From the human T2T-CHM13v2.0 reference genome, Homo sapiens, in NCBI RefSeq assembly GCF_009914755.1, contig NC_060947.1: 64,000 bases of DNA; one strand, written 5' to 3'. Position 1 is the stretch's first letter, and each line of letters opens with the position of its first letter. Below the pieces are notes generated by a model. The model did not search any database. It saw only the letters and a list, made by a program, of their open reading frames with translations, and was not told the DNA's origin. This document shows positions 15,140-28,448 of the stretch, in pieces. Made by a program: the position numbers and the translations under genes.

Positions 15140-16775
15140 TCCTACAAATGTATTCACTTGTGCCTTAAATATTTCATTCCTTCTCACCTTCACAAGGACT
15201 TTGCATCTGTAATTATGCCCCTTCTCTACTTACTTATCAGTTTCTTCATCTCTACTGAGCCAACCCAATTGTCATTGAAATATGCCTTATTATCACTCAT
15301 CTTAAAAACATAACAAATAAACAAACCCTAAAACCTCCATTTCTCTATTCTCCTTCAATGGTAACAATCCTCCAAATACTTGTCTATACTCACTAACTCA
15401 ACTGCTTAGTCTTGAAAAATCTCTTATCAGAGACACCAATGACTTATACGTTACCCAAGCCAATGGTGAAATCTATGTTCTAATTTTATTGACCCATCAG
15501 CAGCATTTGGCATGGATAACAATGCTCTTCTTGAAGTATTATCTGGTTTTCCTTCTATCTAACTAGACACTTTCTCTGTTTCTTTTGCTGGTTCTTCCTC
15601 CTCTATAAGATTTTCAAATTTAAAATGCCCCAGGATTCTTTCCTTACTCCTTTTTTCTTTTTACACACTCTCCCAAAGTTATCTCATCCAGTACCATGAA
15701 TTCAAATGCCATCTATACCCATATCATCTATTTGAAATGACTCTCAAATCTATAGCTCCAGTCTGGATTACCTTTCTGAACTTCAGAATAATGTAATATA
15801 TCCAGTTCACTACTTTACATTGCCACTTGGAATGTATAATAGACTTCTCAACCTTAACAGAGTCCAAATAAGAGTACAGTTTCACTTCTAAATCTCATCC
15901 CTGACAGGTTTTCTCCATTTGAGTAAATAGTCCTTGAGGACAATAATGAAGAATACTTGACTCTCTCTTTCCTTCAGGTCTCATCATCAGTAAGTCTTCT
16001 TATATGTCTAAAACTCTATTTCTGAAACTATTTACCGTGTTTAAATGTCTAAAATCCATCTCCACTGGATTTGAAAACCTTAGTCCAAGTCACTATCATC
16101 TCTTACCTGGATTATTGCAGTATTCACTTAGTTTGTCTCCCTGTTTCTATTTCTTTCCTCCTACAACCTGTCCTCTTCACAGCACCTAGAAGGATCTTTT
16201 ATACTAAAAACATCAATCTAATAAATGGTACTTCCCATCTTAAAGCCCCCCAGTGTCTCCCCGTGAAACTTCAAATAAAATCCAAACTCCTTATCAAGGA
16301 TTACAAGGTACTGTATGATGTAGCTTCTTCCTATTTCTCTCTTCTCAGCTTCTTCTACTTTCTCCCTCATTCTGCCCCAGTCAGACTGATTCTTCTTACA
16401 CACAAAAAAAAATATTTCTGTTTCTGGGACTTTGACATAAAGTTCTGCTTGGATGACTTTTCTCTCAAATCTTTGCATGGCTGCATCTTTCTCATCATTT
16501 TGAATTCTCAATTCAAATGCCATTTCCCCAGAAAGGCTTTCCCCAACAACCCGAGCTAAACTGGTACCCTGCTCACCTTCCATCAGAGTAAATTAGTTCT
16601 TCTTATTATTTATCAGAACTAGAAATCTTATCATTTATTTGCATTTTATTATCTGTCTTCCCCAGTGGAATTTAAGTTCCTTGAAGACACAGACCAAGTT
16701 CATCTTGGATCCTTAACATGGGATCCTTAGAAAGTATCTGTGCATAATAGGCACCTAATGCGTATTTGATAGTAG
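15140..16775 (+). mobile_element. L2 LINE 3' portion
   Basis: L2 motifs 'ccaatgacttatacgttacccaagccaatgg', 'ttgacccatcagcagcatttg', 'cctggattattgcagt', terminus 'tgcataataggcacctaatgcgtatttg'. Confidence 0.8.
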
Positions 16776-16945
16776 GCTCCACTATAATACTAATATTCTA
16801 TAGATGGAGAGTCAAATACATAGTGAATATGGGGAATGGTTACATGAGGTCACTAAAAGTGAAATGGGAAACCAGTAAGGCCCTTATCCCAACTGCAAAG
16901 TAGTCTTCATTGCAAAAAGCCATTATCAGATACATAAATAGAAAC

Positions 16946-16968
16946 AGATAGGTAGATGATAGATAGAT

Positions 16969-17018
<50 letters not shown>

Positions 17019-17040
17019 CAGACAGAGAGACAGACAGACA
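16946..17040 (+). repeat. Compound (GATA)n(GACA)n tetranucleotide microsatellite
   Basis: Direct reading of the sequence. Confidence 0.95.
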
Positions 17041-17083
17041 TAAAATTCTGCAGCTTGAATTTTCAAGGCCAATCTGATAACTT

Positions 17084-20000
17084 TTCTTTTTTCATTTTCT
17101 TTTTTATTTTTGTATTTCAGTAGGTTTTTGGGGAACAGGTGGTGGTTGGTTACATGAATAAATTATTTAGTGGTGATTGCTGAGATTGTGGTGCTCCCAT
17201 CAGCCAAGCAGTGTACACTGTACCCAATGTGTAGTCTTTTATTCCTCCCCACCTCCCACCCTTTCCCCTGTTGCATCCTCATAGCTTAGCTCCCACATGT
17301 GAGTGAGAATATGCAATGTTTGGTTTTCCATTCCTGAGTACTTCATTTAGAATAATTGCCTCCAATTCCATCCAGGTTGCTGCAAATGCGATTATTTCAT
17401 TGTATTTTATGGCTGAGAAGTATTCTATTCTCTCTCTCTCTCTCTCTCCATATATATATATATATAAAATGAAATGAAAATGAAGAAAATTATATATATA
17501 TAATAAATATATATATATATTTTTCTTCATTTTCTTTATCCCCTCATTGATTGATGGGCATTTGGGCTGGTTCCATATTTTTTGCAATTGCAAATTGTGC
17601 TGCTATAAACATGCTTGTACAAGTATCTTTTTTGTATAATGACTTCTTTTTCTCTGGGTAGATACCTAGTGGTGGGATTGCTGGATCAAACGGTAGATCT
17701 ACTTTTAGTTCTTTAAGGAATCTCTACCCTGTTTTCCATAGTGGTTGTTCTAGTTTGCATTCCCATCAACAGTGTAAAAGTGCTCCTTTTCACCACATCC
17801 CTGACAACATCTATTATTATTATTTTTATTTTTAGATTATGGCCTTTGTTGCAGAAGTGAGATGGTATCACATTGTGGTTTTGATTTGCATTTCCCTGAT
17901 AATTAGTGATGTTGAGAATTTTTCCATATGCTTGTTGGCTATTTGTATATCTTCTTCTAAGAATCATCTATTCATATCCTTAGCCCACTTTTTGATGGGA
18001 TTGTTTGTTTTTTTCTTGCTGATATGTTTGAGTTCTTTGTAGGTTTTGGATGTTAGTCCTTTGTCGGATGTATAGGTCGTGAATATTTTCTCCCACTCTA
18101 TGGGTTGTCTGTTAACTCTGCTGATTATATCTTTTGCTGTGCAGAAGCTTTCTAGTTGACTTAAATCTTATCTATTTACCTTTGTTTTTGTTGCATTTGC
18201 TTTTGGGTTATTGGTCATGAAGTCTTTAACTAAGCCAATGTCTAGAAGGGTTTTTCCGATCCTATCTTCTAGAATTTTTATGGTTTCAGATCTTAGATTT
18301 AAGTCTTTGATCCATCTTGAGTTGATTTTTGTATAGGGTGAAAGATGAGGATTCAGTTTCATTCTTCTACAAGTGGCTTGCCAATTATCCCAGCACCATT
18401 TGTTGAATAGGGTGTCCTTTTCCCACTTTATGTTTTTCTTTGCTTTGTCAAAAATCTCCCTTTGCCTTTGTTTCTGGGTTCTCTATTCCGTTCCATTGGT
18501 CTCTGTGCTTATTTTTATACCAGTGCCATGCTGTTTTGGTGACTATGGCCTTATAGTATAGTTTGAAGTCGGTTAATGTGATGCCTCCAGATTTGTTCTT
18601 TTTGCTTAGTCCTGCTTTGGCTATGTGGGCTCTTTTTTGGTTCCATATGAATTTTAAGATTGTTTTTTTCTAGTTCTGTGAAGAATGATAGTGGTATTTT
18701 GATGAGAATTGCATTGAATTTGCAGATTGCTTTTGGCAATGCAGATTGCTTTTGGCAATATGGTCATTTTCACACTACTGATTCTACCCATCCGTGAGCA
18801 TGGGATGTGTTTCCATTTGTTTTTGTCATCTACGATTTCTTTCAGCAGTGTTTTGTAGTTTTCCTTGTAGAGATCTTTCACATGCTTTGTTAGGTATATT
18901 CCTAAGTATTTTATTTTATTTTTTGCAGCTATTGTGAAAGGAATTGAGTTCTTGATTTGATTCTCAGCTTGGTTGCTGTTGGTGTATAGCAGAGCTACTA
19001 ATTTATGCACATTAATTTGTATCCTGAAACTTTGCTGAATTTATTTACCAGTTCTATGAGCTTTTTGGATCAGTCTTTAGGGTTATCTAGGTATACAATC
19101 ATATCATCAGCAAACAGTGACAGTTTGACTTCCTCTTCACCAGTTTGGCTGCCTTGTTTTCTTTCCCTTGTCTGATTGCTCTGGCTGGGGTTTCCAGCAT
19201 TATGTTGTGTAGAAGTGGTGAAAGTGGGCATCTTTGTCTTGTTCTAGTTCTAGTTCTCAGGAGGAATGTTTTCAACTTTTCCTTGTTCCGTATAATGTTG
19301 GCTGTGGGTCTGTCATAGATGGCTTTTATTACCTTAAGGTTTGTCTCTTCTATGTTGATTTTGATGAGAGTTTTAATTATAAAGGGATGCTGAATTTTGT
19401 CAAATGCTTTTTCTGTGTCTATTGAGATGATCTTGTGATTTTTGTTTTTAATTCTGTTTATGTGGTGTATCACATTTATTGACTTACATATATTACACCA
19501 TCCCTGCATGTCTGGTATGAAACCACTTGATCATGGTGAACTATCTCTTTGATATGCTGTTGGATTGGTTAGCTAGTATTTTGTTGAGGATTTTGCATCT
19601 ATATTCAGCAGGGATATTGGTCTATATAGTTGTCTTTTTTTGTTATGTCCTTTCCTGGTTTTGGTATTAGGGTGATACTTGCTTTATACAATGATTTAGG
19701 GAGAATTCCCTCTTTCTCTATCTTTTGGAATAGTGTCAATAAGATTGGTATCAATTCTTTTTTGAATGTCTGATAGAATTCAGCTGTGAATCCGTCTGGT
19801 CCTGAACTTTTTTTTGTTGGCAATTTTTAAATTACCTTTTCAAACTCGCTGCTTGTTATTGTTCTGTTCAGAGATTCTATATCTTCCTGGTTAAATCTAG
19901 GAGGGTTTTATATTTCCAAGAGTTTATCCATCTCCTCTAGGTCTTCTGGTTTATGCATATAAAGGTGTTCATAGTAGCCTTGAATAATCTTTTGTATTTC

Positions 20001-22450
20001 TGTCGTATCAATTGTAGTATCTCCAATTACATTTCTCATTGAACTTATTTGGATCTTCTCTCTTTTTTTCTTGATTAATCTCACTAATGGTCTTTCAATT
20101 TTATTTACCTTTTCAAAGAATCAGCTTTTTGTTTGATTATTTTTATTGTTTTCTTTCAATTTCATTTAACTCTGCTCTGATATTCGTTATTTATTTTCTT
20201 CTGCTGGATTTTGGTTTGGATTGTTCTTGTTTCTCCAGTTGTGGGAGGTGTGACTGTAGATTGTCTATTTGTGCTCTTTCGGACTTTTCAATGTAGGCAT
20301 TTAATGCTATGAACGTTCATCTTAGTACCCCTTTTGTTGTATCCCAGAAGTTTTGATGGCTTGTGTCATTATTATTGTTCAGTTCAAATAATTTTTAATT
20401 TCCATCTTGATTTTATTGTTGACCCAATGATCATTCAGCAGCAGGTTATTTAATTTCTATGTATTTGCATGGTTTCGTGGGTTCCTTTTGGAGCTGACTT
20501 CCAATTTTATTCCACTACTGTCTGAGAGAGTAATTGATATAATTTCAATTTTCTTAAATTTACTGAGACTTGTTTTGTGGCCTATCATCTGATCTATCTT
20601 GGAGAATATTTCATGTGCTGATAAATTGAATTCTGCAATTGTTGGGTAGATTGCTATATAAATATCTGTTAAGTCCATTTGTTTTATGGTATAGTTTAAG
20701 TCCATTGTTTCTTTGTTGACTTTCTGTCTTGGTGACCTGTCTAATGTTATCAGTGGAGTATTAACAACCCCCACTATTATTGTGCTGCCATCTATTTCAT
20801 TTCACTTCTTATGTCTAGTAGTAATTGTTTCATAAATTTGGGAGCACCAGTGTTAGATGCATATATATTTAGTATTCTGATATTTTTCTGTTGGACTTGT
20901 CCTTTTATCATTATATAATGTCCCTCTTTGTCTTTTTTACCTGCTGTTGCTTTAAAGTCTTTTTTGTCTAATGTAAGAAGAGCTATTCCTGCTCACTTTT
21001 GGTGTCCATTTGCATGGAATATCTTTTTCACTCCTTTACTTTAAGTTTATGTGAGTCCTTATATGTTCAGTCCAAATAAGTTCAATGAGTCGCCTGAAGA
21101 CAGCAGAAACTTGGTTGGTTAATTCTTAATCCATTCTGCCATTCTGTATTTTTTAAGTGGAGCAATTAGGCCATTTATATTCAATGTTAGTACTGAGATG
21201 GGAAGTACTATTCTATTCATCATGATATTTGTTGCCTGAATACCTTGTATTTTTGCATTGTATTATTATGATATAGTTCCTGTGAGATTTATGCTTTAAG
21301 GAGGTTCTATTTTGGTGTATTTTGTGGATTTGTTTCACTATTTAGAGCTCCTTTTAGCAGTTCTTGTAGTGCTGGATTGGTAGTGGCAAATGCTCTCAGC
21401 AAGTGTTTATCTGGAAAAGATTATCTTTTCTTCATTTATGAAGCTTAGTTTCACTGGATACACAATTCTTGGCTGATAATTGTTTTGTTTAAGAGGCTAA
21501 AACAGATAGGAGGCAAGACTAGTTTGCAGCTCCCTCTCAGATGGACAGAGCAGTGTGTGGAGACTCACATTGTGAACTTTGGCTCCAAGAACTACCACAG
21601 GAACATACCGGGAAAGCCAAGAGCATCCACAGACCCTTTGAAGGAACTGAATAACTCCTACAGGCTTCCTGAGATGCTGAAAAACTGTGATTCTGTTTGC
21701 TTTCTCAATGAGGAGGCTTGTGGTCTGGGGCAAGTTCTCAGCTCTGGTCACCAGCTGTCTGGAAATAGACTTGGTGCTGTTGGGGGACGCACAGTGGGAG
21801 TGAGACCAGCCTTTAGGATTGCATGCTGCGTGGAAGTAGGGTGAAGCCTGAGACTGCCAGCTTTCTCCGGCTTCCCTGGCAACCTGTATGATTCAACAGA
21901 GACACCAAAAATCCCCTGGGAATATAACTCCATCTGACTGGGAACCACACCCCCACCCCTCTCAAAAGCAACAGCAAGCCCCGCCCAAGGAGAGGCTGAG
22001 CTCAGACATGCCTATCCCTGCCCTCACCTGGTAGTCTTTGTCTACCCGCCCTGATAGCTGAAGACAAAGGTCATAATCTCTTCGGAGCTCCATGGCCTTG
22101 CCCACCACCTGAGAAACTGGAATACTTAAACAGGTGTCCCTAGGGCAAGTTTGCATCCTCCCTATAGGACCGCAGCTGATGCATTCTTGAAAAAGTCACC
22201 TCCTAGCTGGGGGCCAACCAACACGAAACCAGCACACTAAACAAAAACACAACCAAGGACCCTCTCAGAGTCCACTCCACTCCCCTGCTACCTACACTGG
22301 AGCGGATGCTGGTATCCAAGGCTGCGAGACGTGAAGATGGATCACGTCACAGGACTCTTTGCAGACATTCCCCAGTAGGATCCCAGAGCCTGGTAGCTCT
22401 GCTGGGTAGCTAGACCCAGAAGAGCAAAAACAATCACTATAGTTTGGCTC
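17084..22450 (-). mobile_element. L1PB1-like insertion with inverted 5' segment (body - strand 17084-~21502; 5'UTR + strand ~21503-22450)
   Basis: Antisense 3'UTR and ORF2 fragments (18168-20774); sense 5'UTR homologous to 4885-6190; perfect TSD CCAATCTGATAACTT at 17069-17083 and 22451-22465. Confidence 0.95.
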
Positions 22451-22769
22451 CCAATCTGATAACTTACCTACTTTCAAAGTGAATTCGTATCCTTGGAAGT
22501 AAGAAATTGTTGGCAGACGACTAAGAATTTAAGTTTGCCTAAGTTCTTAATTTGGATAAAGTAGATGTTTATATGGCAAAGAGCATTGCCAAAATAAAAT
22601 AAAATAAGATGAAATACACAACGAACTGCTTCTTTTATAACCACAGTCTGGTATTTTTGGCTTTACACATACTCAAAGCGAAAATTGTTATAAGTTGAAT
22701 TATGTAGGTATGTGATCTTTAAAGTAAATACTCTTTTGTTACTTCTATATATTTTTTCTAATTATGCTG

Positions 22770-23229
22770 TGTACTATTCCTAGGTCTGCCGTAACAAAGT
22801 ATCACAAACTAGGTGGCTTAAAACAATAGAAATTTATTCTGTCACAATTCAGGAGGCCAGAAATCTAAAATCAAGGTTTCAGCAGGATTGGTTCCTTCTG
22901 GAAGCTCTGAGAGAGAAACTGTCCCATGACTCTCTCCTAGTATCTGGGGGTTGATGGCAATTGTTGGCATTCCTTGGCTTATAGCTCCATCACTCCAATC
23001 TGTTTTTCTGTCTTCACATGGCCTTCTTCCCTGTGCGTATTTCTGTCTTCAAATATCTGTCACCTTACAAGGACACCAGTCATTGGATTTAGGTCCCACT
23101 ATAATCCAGCATGACCTCATTTTAACTTGATTACATCTGCAAAAATCCTATTTTCTAATAAGATGACTGAACAGGCACTGAGGGCTAGGACTTCAGTATT
23201 TCTATGGCAGGATGCAATTGAACCCACAA
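22770..23229 (-). mobile_element. MaLR solo LTR (MLT1B/C-like)
   Basis: 'ctgccgtaacaaagtatcacaaactaggtggcttaaaacaatagaaatttattc...gacaccagtcattggatttagg...gcaattgaacccacaa'. Confidence 0.85.
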
Positions 23230-24544
23230 TTCATTCAGATCTGTCACAGTAGCTTGTGGTCCACATTGATATTATGCATATAGTACTTCGAGCTTCAGGT
23301 TTAACAAAGAATGAGTCTGCATTTTATAAGTCTGAACTTTTTTTTTCTTTAACATATATATTTTGAGCATCCAGATAATGCATGTCAAATATTAAAAATC
23401 TCAAAATTCTTATTTCTAATGGAAGCATGCTATTTTAGTTTTTTGTTGTTGGTTGTTTGTTTGTTTTGGCTTTTGGCCTTGTCTTTCAAAAAGAGACAAC
23501 CATCTGCCTAACTTAGTTAAAAAAATACCTTGGCAAATAATGAGTACTACAGACATGGAATATGAGATTTGAGGGGGAAATTCATTTTAATTAAATTACT
23601 GCCTCTAATGATTGACAGAAGTAAATGCCACTGATTGGCGCCATTTTGAATCTTGCCAAGTACTGAGGCAATCTTTAGGGTATTCTCCTCTTCTAATAAA
23701 ATAAAGTTAGCACCATCATTTAAAAAGAGTCTGGAAGGCATATATTGAGTTGTCACTCTATTACCGGGACTAATTCTGAGCCAATATCTTTCTGTTCTTA
23801 TTTTAAGATAATCATTAGGTCATGTGAATAGAAGTATAATTCATTGTTTTCTCCTTTCTTTCTCATTTACAGAACACCTAGTGTTCTGTAGTAGACTAGT
23901 GAATTTAGATACCTATAGCTAAGATTCTTCAATGGCCACAAGCAGATAATAGTAACGGCACTAGGCTACTCTGTGTAATGCCTTTGAATCATATAAAGAA
24001 AGGTGACTTTATAAAATTGCTTATTATGTGGGCTGTGAGTTGAGAATATATGGTTACAATCCATTTAATGAAGTTCTCCTAAAAACCAAAAGCCCGTAAA
24101 AACTGAAACATAAAAATTCCTTTCTGCTAAATCAAATGCTTTTTCACCATTCCAGTGTTATAAGTACCATTTCCCTCCTAACTCTCCGAGAAAAGCAAAT
24201 CCATTTATGCTATTCATAACACTTATGAGCAAGCTGTGGTTTTTAATAAAACACAAGTCATTTGTGCATATAATAAGCAGATGTAAACTTCTTTGCACTC
24301 CTAGAATAGAGTTGTTTGCATTTATGAATGGCCCCAATCAGGTAGGAAAACCTATAATTGGCTCTTTATCAATCCTAATCAGAAAATGTCTTGTTTCATT
24401 CATTAGTTGAGGTCTGAGTTTTAAGATCTGAATAATAATGGGTTGCAACTTAAATTTTCTAATTCCCTTTCACTCAAACTTTCAGATGCAGAGGCATATA
24501 TAACAAAATTTCCTAGTTAGCTAGTTTGAAATTTCTTTTGGAAA

Positions 24545-24660
24545 TCACAGAATATCAGAGCTGAAGGAGACTTTGTCAACAGTTAGTCAATGGTAGAGCT
24601 AGAATAAGACCCTGTGTCCCTTGATTCCCATTTTCGTCTTTTCTCTACTACCTAACACTA
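24545..24660 (-). mobile_element. Degraded MIR fragment
   Basis: 'cacagaatatcagagctgaaggagacttt...aatggtagagctagaataagaccctgtgtcccttgattccca'. Confidence 0.5.
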
Positions 24661-25759
24661 CCTCTCCATCTGCCCAATGATTTACTTGCAGCATCAAAGT
24701 GTCAAAAATATAATTTTATTCAGTTGGCTGCTATAGATATTTTAAATCTCCAATTAAACAAAAAGACCTAAATGACATCATTTCTAAAATAATCACTCAC
24801 TGCAAATCCTTTATCAAACGTAATTCAGTCTTTTGAACTGATATTTTAAGAAACATTCTCTTTATAACTATACCTTTGATCAATCTTTCATTCTGACTAA
24901 TCAGCATCTCCCTGGGATGCTTCCCAGAAAGTAGGTATGATGTTTTCCAAGTCTTCTAATTGAATAGAAAGACTTGTCTCTATTTTGATATGTGGGTTTA
25001 GTTGTGGTATGCTTACAATAAGCGGCTTTTAAGATTGATTAAAGCCCTTTGCTTCAATTCAATTATTAATTAATCTCAGCAGCCATTTATTGCTTTATAT
25101 GCCACAGAAAAATAGAGATCATCCTTTAATTATTGATTCGTCTGATAGTAGTGCACCAGCTGTACTACCTTTACATGTCAACATTTCTGTTAAGTATATT
25201 TTCAGTTTGCTCTGCTTTCCTTGTCAAAAGGAAAGACATTTTCAAACCATCTGTTAAATCACCAACCTCTTCTACAGATTATTCTGAGCAAAATTATCTG
25301 GCAGGAAGTCATTCAGTTTCTTGCAGGTAAGAAGACTTCTCTCTGAGGGCTTAAAATGGCCCTGAGCTTCTGAATTACTTGACTTTTGTTTTTACTTTCT
25401 CTTAAGAGCAATAGGTCAGAAATAGCTTAATCAGTATGCACTTCTGAATGTATAAATTTTTATATGTAATATGGGGAAATTTTTCTTACAGTGAATATTG
25501 CAGTTCTCTTAGTGTTTAATTCTGTCAATATATGAAAAATATTTTCTGTGTATTTTCAGGCATTTAAACTAAAAATATAAATTTGAGTATTGTCTCCATT
25601 ATAAATGGAGAAGGATGCTACAGCAGAGTTCTTTGTTTCATCAGCATTGGCCGTGATTACCAATAAGCAATTTGCAATTTGATCAGTTGGTTCTCTTACT
25701 GATAAGTCCACCTTAAATAACTAAGAATTTCTTCCAAAACTTTTATAGAAATAGTGTCT

Positions 25760-26255
25760 GTGTTACATTACTTGCTGGTTTGGCTGCTGTAACTCAGAGA
25801 CCTCAAATAATAGCTGCTTAAACTAGAGAGATTTATTTTTCTTTCACATCAAAATCTGGGTAGGCAGCTTCAAAATCAGCAAGGATATTGGTTCATTGTA
25901 ACATATTGCTTTGATGTTATCAATACACAGTTACTATCTCCTCATCCAAGAGAGCTATATAACTCCTGCCATCATATTTATGTTCCAACCTGAGGGGCGG
26001 ATGTAAAGACACAAGGGATGGAATGCCTCTTCCTTTTAAATGAAGGAGCCAGACATTGAGTACATCACTTCTGTTCACATTCTGTTGGCCAAAATGTAAT
26101 CACATGGATAGCCTTACATACCTTCAGGGAGCCTGAGAAATGTAATTCTGGGCTTTTGTTGGGTATATGTCTGGCTATATACCCAGCAAAAATTCTATCC
26201 CTATATATGAAAGGGAGAATAAATGTGGGAGGACAATTAGCAGTCTCCACCCTAG
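25760..26255 (-). mobile_element. Old MaLR LTR (MLT1J/K-like)
   Basis: 'ggctgctgtaactcagagacctcaaataatagctgcttaaac', 'catcacttctgttcacattctgttggccaaaatgtaatcacatgg'. Confidence 0.7.
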
Positions 26256-26539
26256 CCAAAGAAATAAGAATTAAGAGTAAGCCAATAATTCCTTTCATTT
26301 ATATAGCCCTTTTTTTCTGAGAGCTTTCAATTATCTTACTATATCCTCACTTCAGTCAATTCTTAATTATCTACAATAAAACCTGGGAGGAGGAGAGAAT
26401 CACAAATAATCAAATGTGGCAGATAATATAAACATAATTAATATTTTATTTTGATTTGAATGCTCTGGTTCTTTGATGCCTAACAATCAAGATGAGCAAT
26501 ATTGAATTATCATTAGGCCCCACATATGCAAGAACATTT

Positions 26540-26830
26540 CACAACTACAGATACCCTCATGCTGCTTTTTTTGCCTGCGATGGCCTTTTCTTGCTTGCCT
26601 GCCAAACGCCCGCCCAACTTTCAAGATTCATCTTAAGTGTTATCTCTCCGTGTTCTCTCAGAAAAAAACTCTCTCCCACTAACCAAGGTAGAATTAATTA
26701 CATCATCTTTTGTCTTACCATTCCACCTTGAATAAACCATAATTTATTGTTTATTGGTTTATGTGTCTGTCTCCCCCAGCTCCCAGCACAGAGCCTTTCA
26801 TATCACAAGCACTCAGTAATATCTATCAAT
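26540..26830 (+). mobile_element. L2 3' fragment
   Basis: 'tttcaagattcatcttaagtgttatctctcc', 'tgtgtctgtctcccc...cagcacagagcct...aagcactcagtaat'. Confidence 0.6.
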
Positions 26831-28009
26831 GTAAACACTTTTAATAAAACAATAATTTACACTATTAAAAATGCCATTTGAACACATCTGAAAAGCATGG
26901 GATAGAAAGTATCACCCATCTTATTCACAACATTTCACACAGAAAAGGGATTACCTGATAAAATGCAGACTATGTATGAAAGATTCTAATCAAAAACAAA
27001 TGAACAAACATGTTTCATGTGAAAACTGGTGCAGATTACCTCAGTAGAGCCCATTTCAAGTATATGTAAAAGATGTAGCAATACCAGTAATGTTATAGTC
27101 CAAATAAGGTTAAAGATATGGACGCTTGTTGTCACCATTAGAAATGAATATTTGTATAGGTACTCTGACTAATTCAATAATATATGAAATAGAAATGTGA
27201 GTCATAACTCATGTTTACCCAACAAAAATTCTACATGCGTAGAGTCATAACTCATGCTTCTATTTCATATATAGAATAAAGAAGACAGAATTATCACTAC
27301 TTGTAGATTATGATGTGCCTAAAACTACAAATGCATGGTTTTATAAATCATTAAAAATAACACAAGTTCAATAAAATGGTAAGTAAAAGCAAAATATAAA
27401 AATATACAAAATAAATGTAATTCCTTGATATTAGAAATAATTCATAAGAGAAAAAGGAAAAGGTGACATTCCCAAAGCAGCCAAAAGTATAACCTATCTA
27501 GGAACAATTCTAACATGAAATATAGGATATTTTACAATAAAAATTTCAATGAATTTTTAAAGAAAAACTTAACAAAATGATTCCAAAAATTATTCAGGAA
27601 AAAATGAACAAATAAAACACATAAACCTAAAAATCAAATGGGAGACAGTATAATAAATCTCAGCAAATATTAAAACAAATCAAAATGTTTTAATATTCAA
27701 AACAAATGTCAATGACTCAAGCATCAACAGATAGTTGATGGAACAGATCTTGTGCATGTAAGTAAAGAATCACAAATTGATGTGGAATGATAAATTTATT
27801 ATAAACAGTATGAAGATAATGGGCTACATAGGAAAAAAGTCAAATTAGAGCTTTCCCTCATACCTTACCACATATTTGAATTCAGACAAATTAAGGAGTT
27901 GCATTTAAACTTGTATATGGCAAAAGGCTCCTTAACCAAAGTCAACAGATGGCTTAAACACTAGAAAAAATACAATTGAAATATTTAAGAAAAAAGTTAA
28001 TATCCTTGC

Positions 28010-28375
28010 TGCTGTGGTCTAAATTGTGTCCCTTCTACAAAATACATATGCTGAAGCTCTAACCCCTAATGTGACTGCATTTGGAGATAGGGCCTTTAGG
28101 AAGTAATTAAGGTTAAATGAGATCATAAGTGTGAAATCCTAATCAAATAGTCTTGGTGGCTTTAAAAGAAGAAGAAGAAAATTGTGTATCTCTATCATGT
28201 GAGGACTCAGAGAGAAGGTGGCCTCCTGCAAACGAAGAGAGCCCTCACCAGAACCTGACCACCTTCACGCTCTGATCTCGGACTTCTAGCTTCCAGAACT
28301 GTGAGAAAATACATTTCTGTTGTTTAAGCCACCTAGTCTATGATATTTTGTTATGGCAGCCCAAGCTGATTAATA
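28010..28375 (+). mobile_element. MLT1A-type solo LTR with 5-bp TSD
   Basis: 'tgctgtggtctaaattgtgtccc...tttggagatagggcctttagg...ggcagcccaagctgattaata'; TSD CTTGC at 28005-28009 and 28376-28380. Confidence 0.85.
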
Positions 28376-28448
28376 CTTGCTAAATAAATAACTCAAAATA
28401 TGGAGAAAAAGACAACTATCCCAAGAAAAATATAGGAAAACATATAGC

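Noticed and set aside
16071-16583. 162-aa and 121-aa overlapping ORFs
   Set aside because: Lie within a decayed L2; no protein features beyond the L2 remnant
18721-18758. Perfect 19-bp tandem duplication in L1 ORF2
   Set aside because: Ordinary slippage duplication in a dead element
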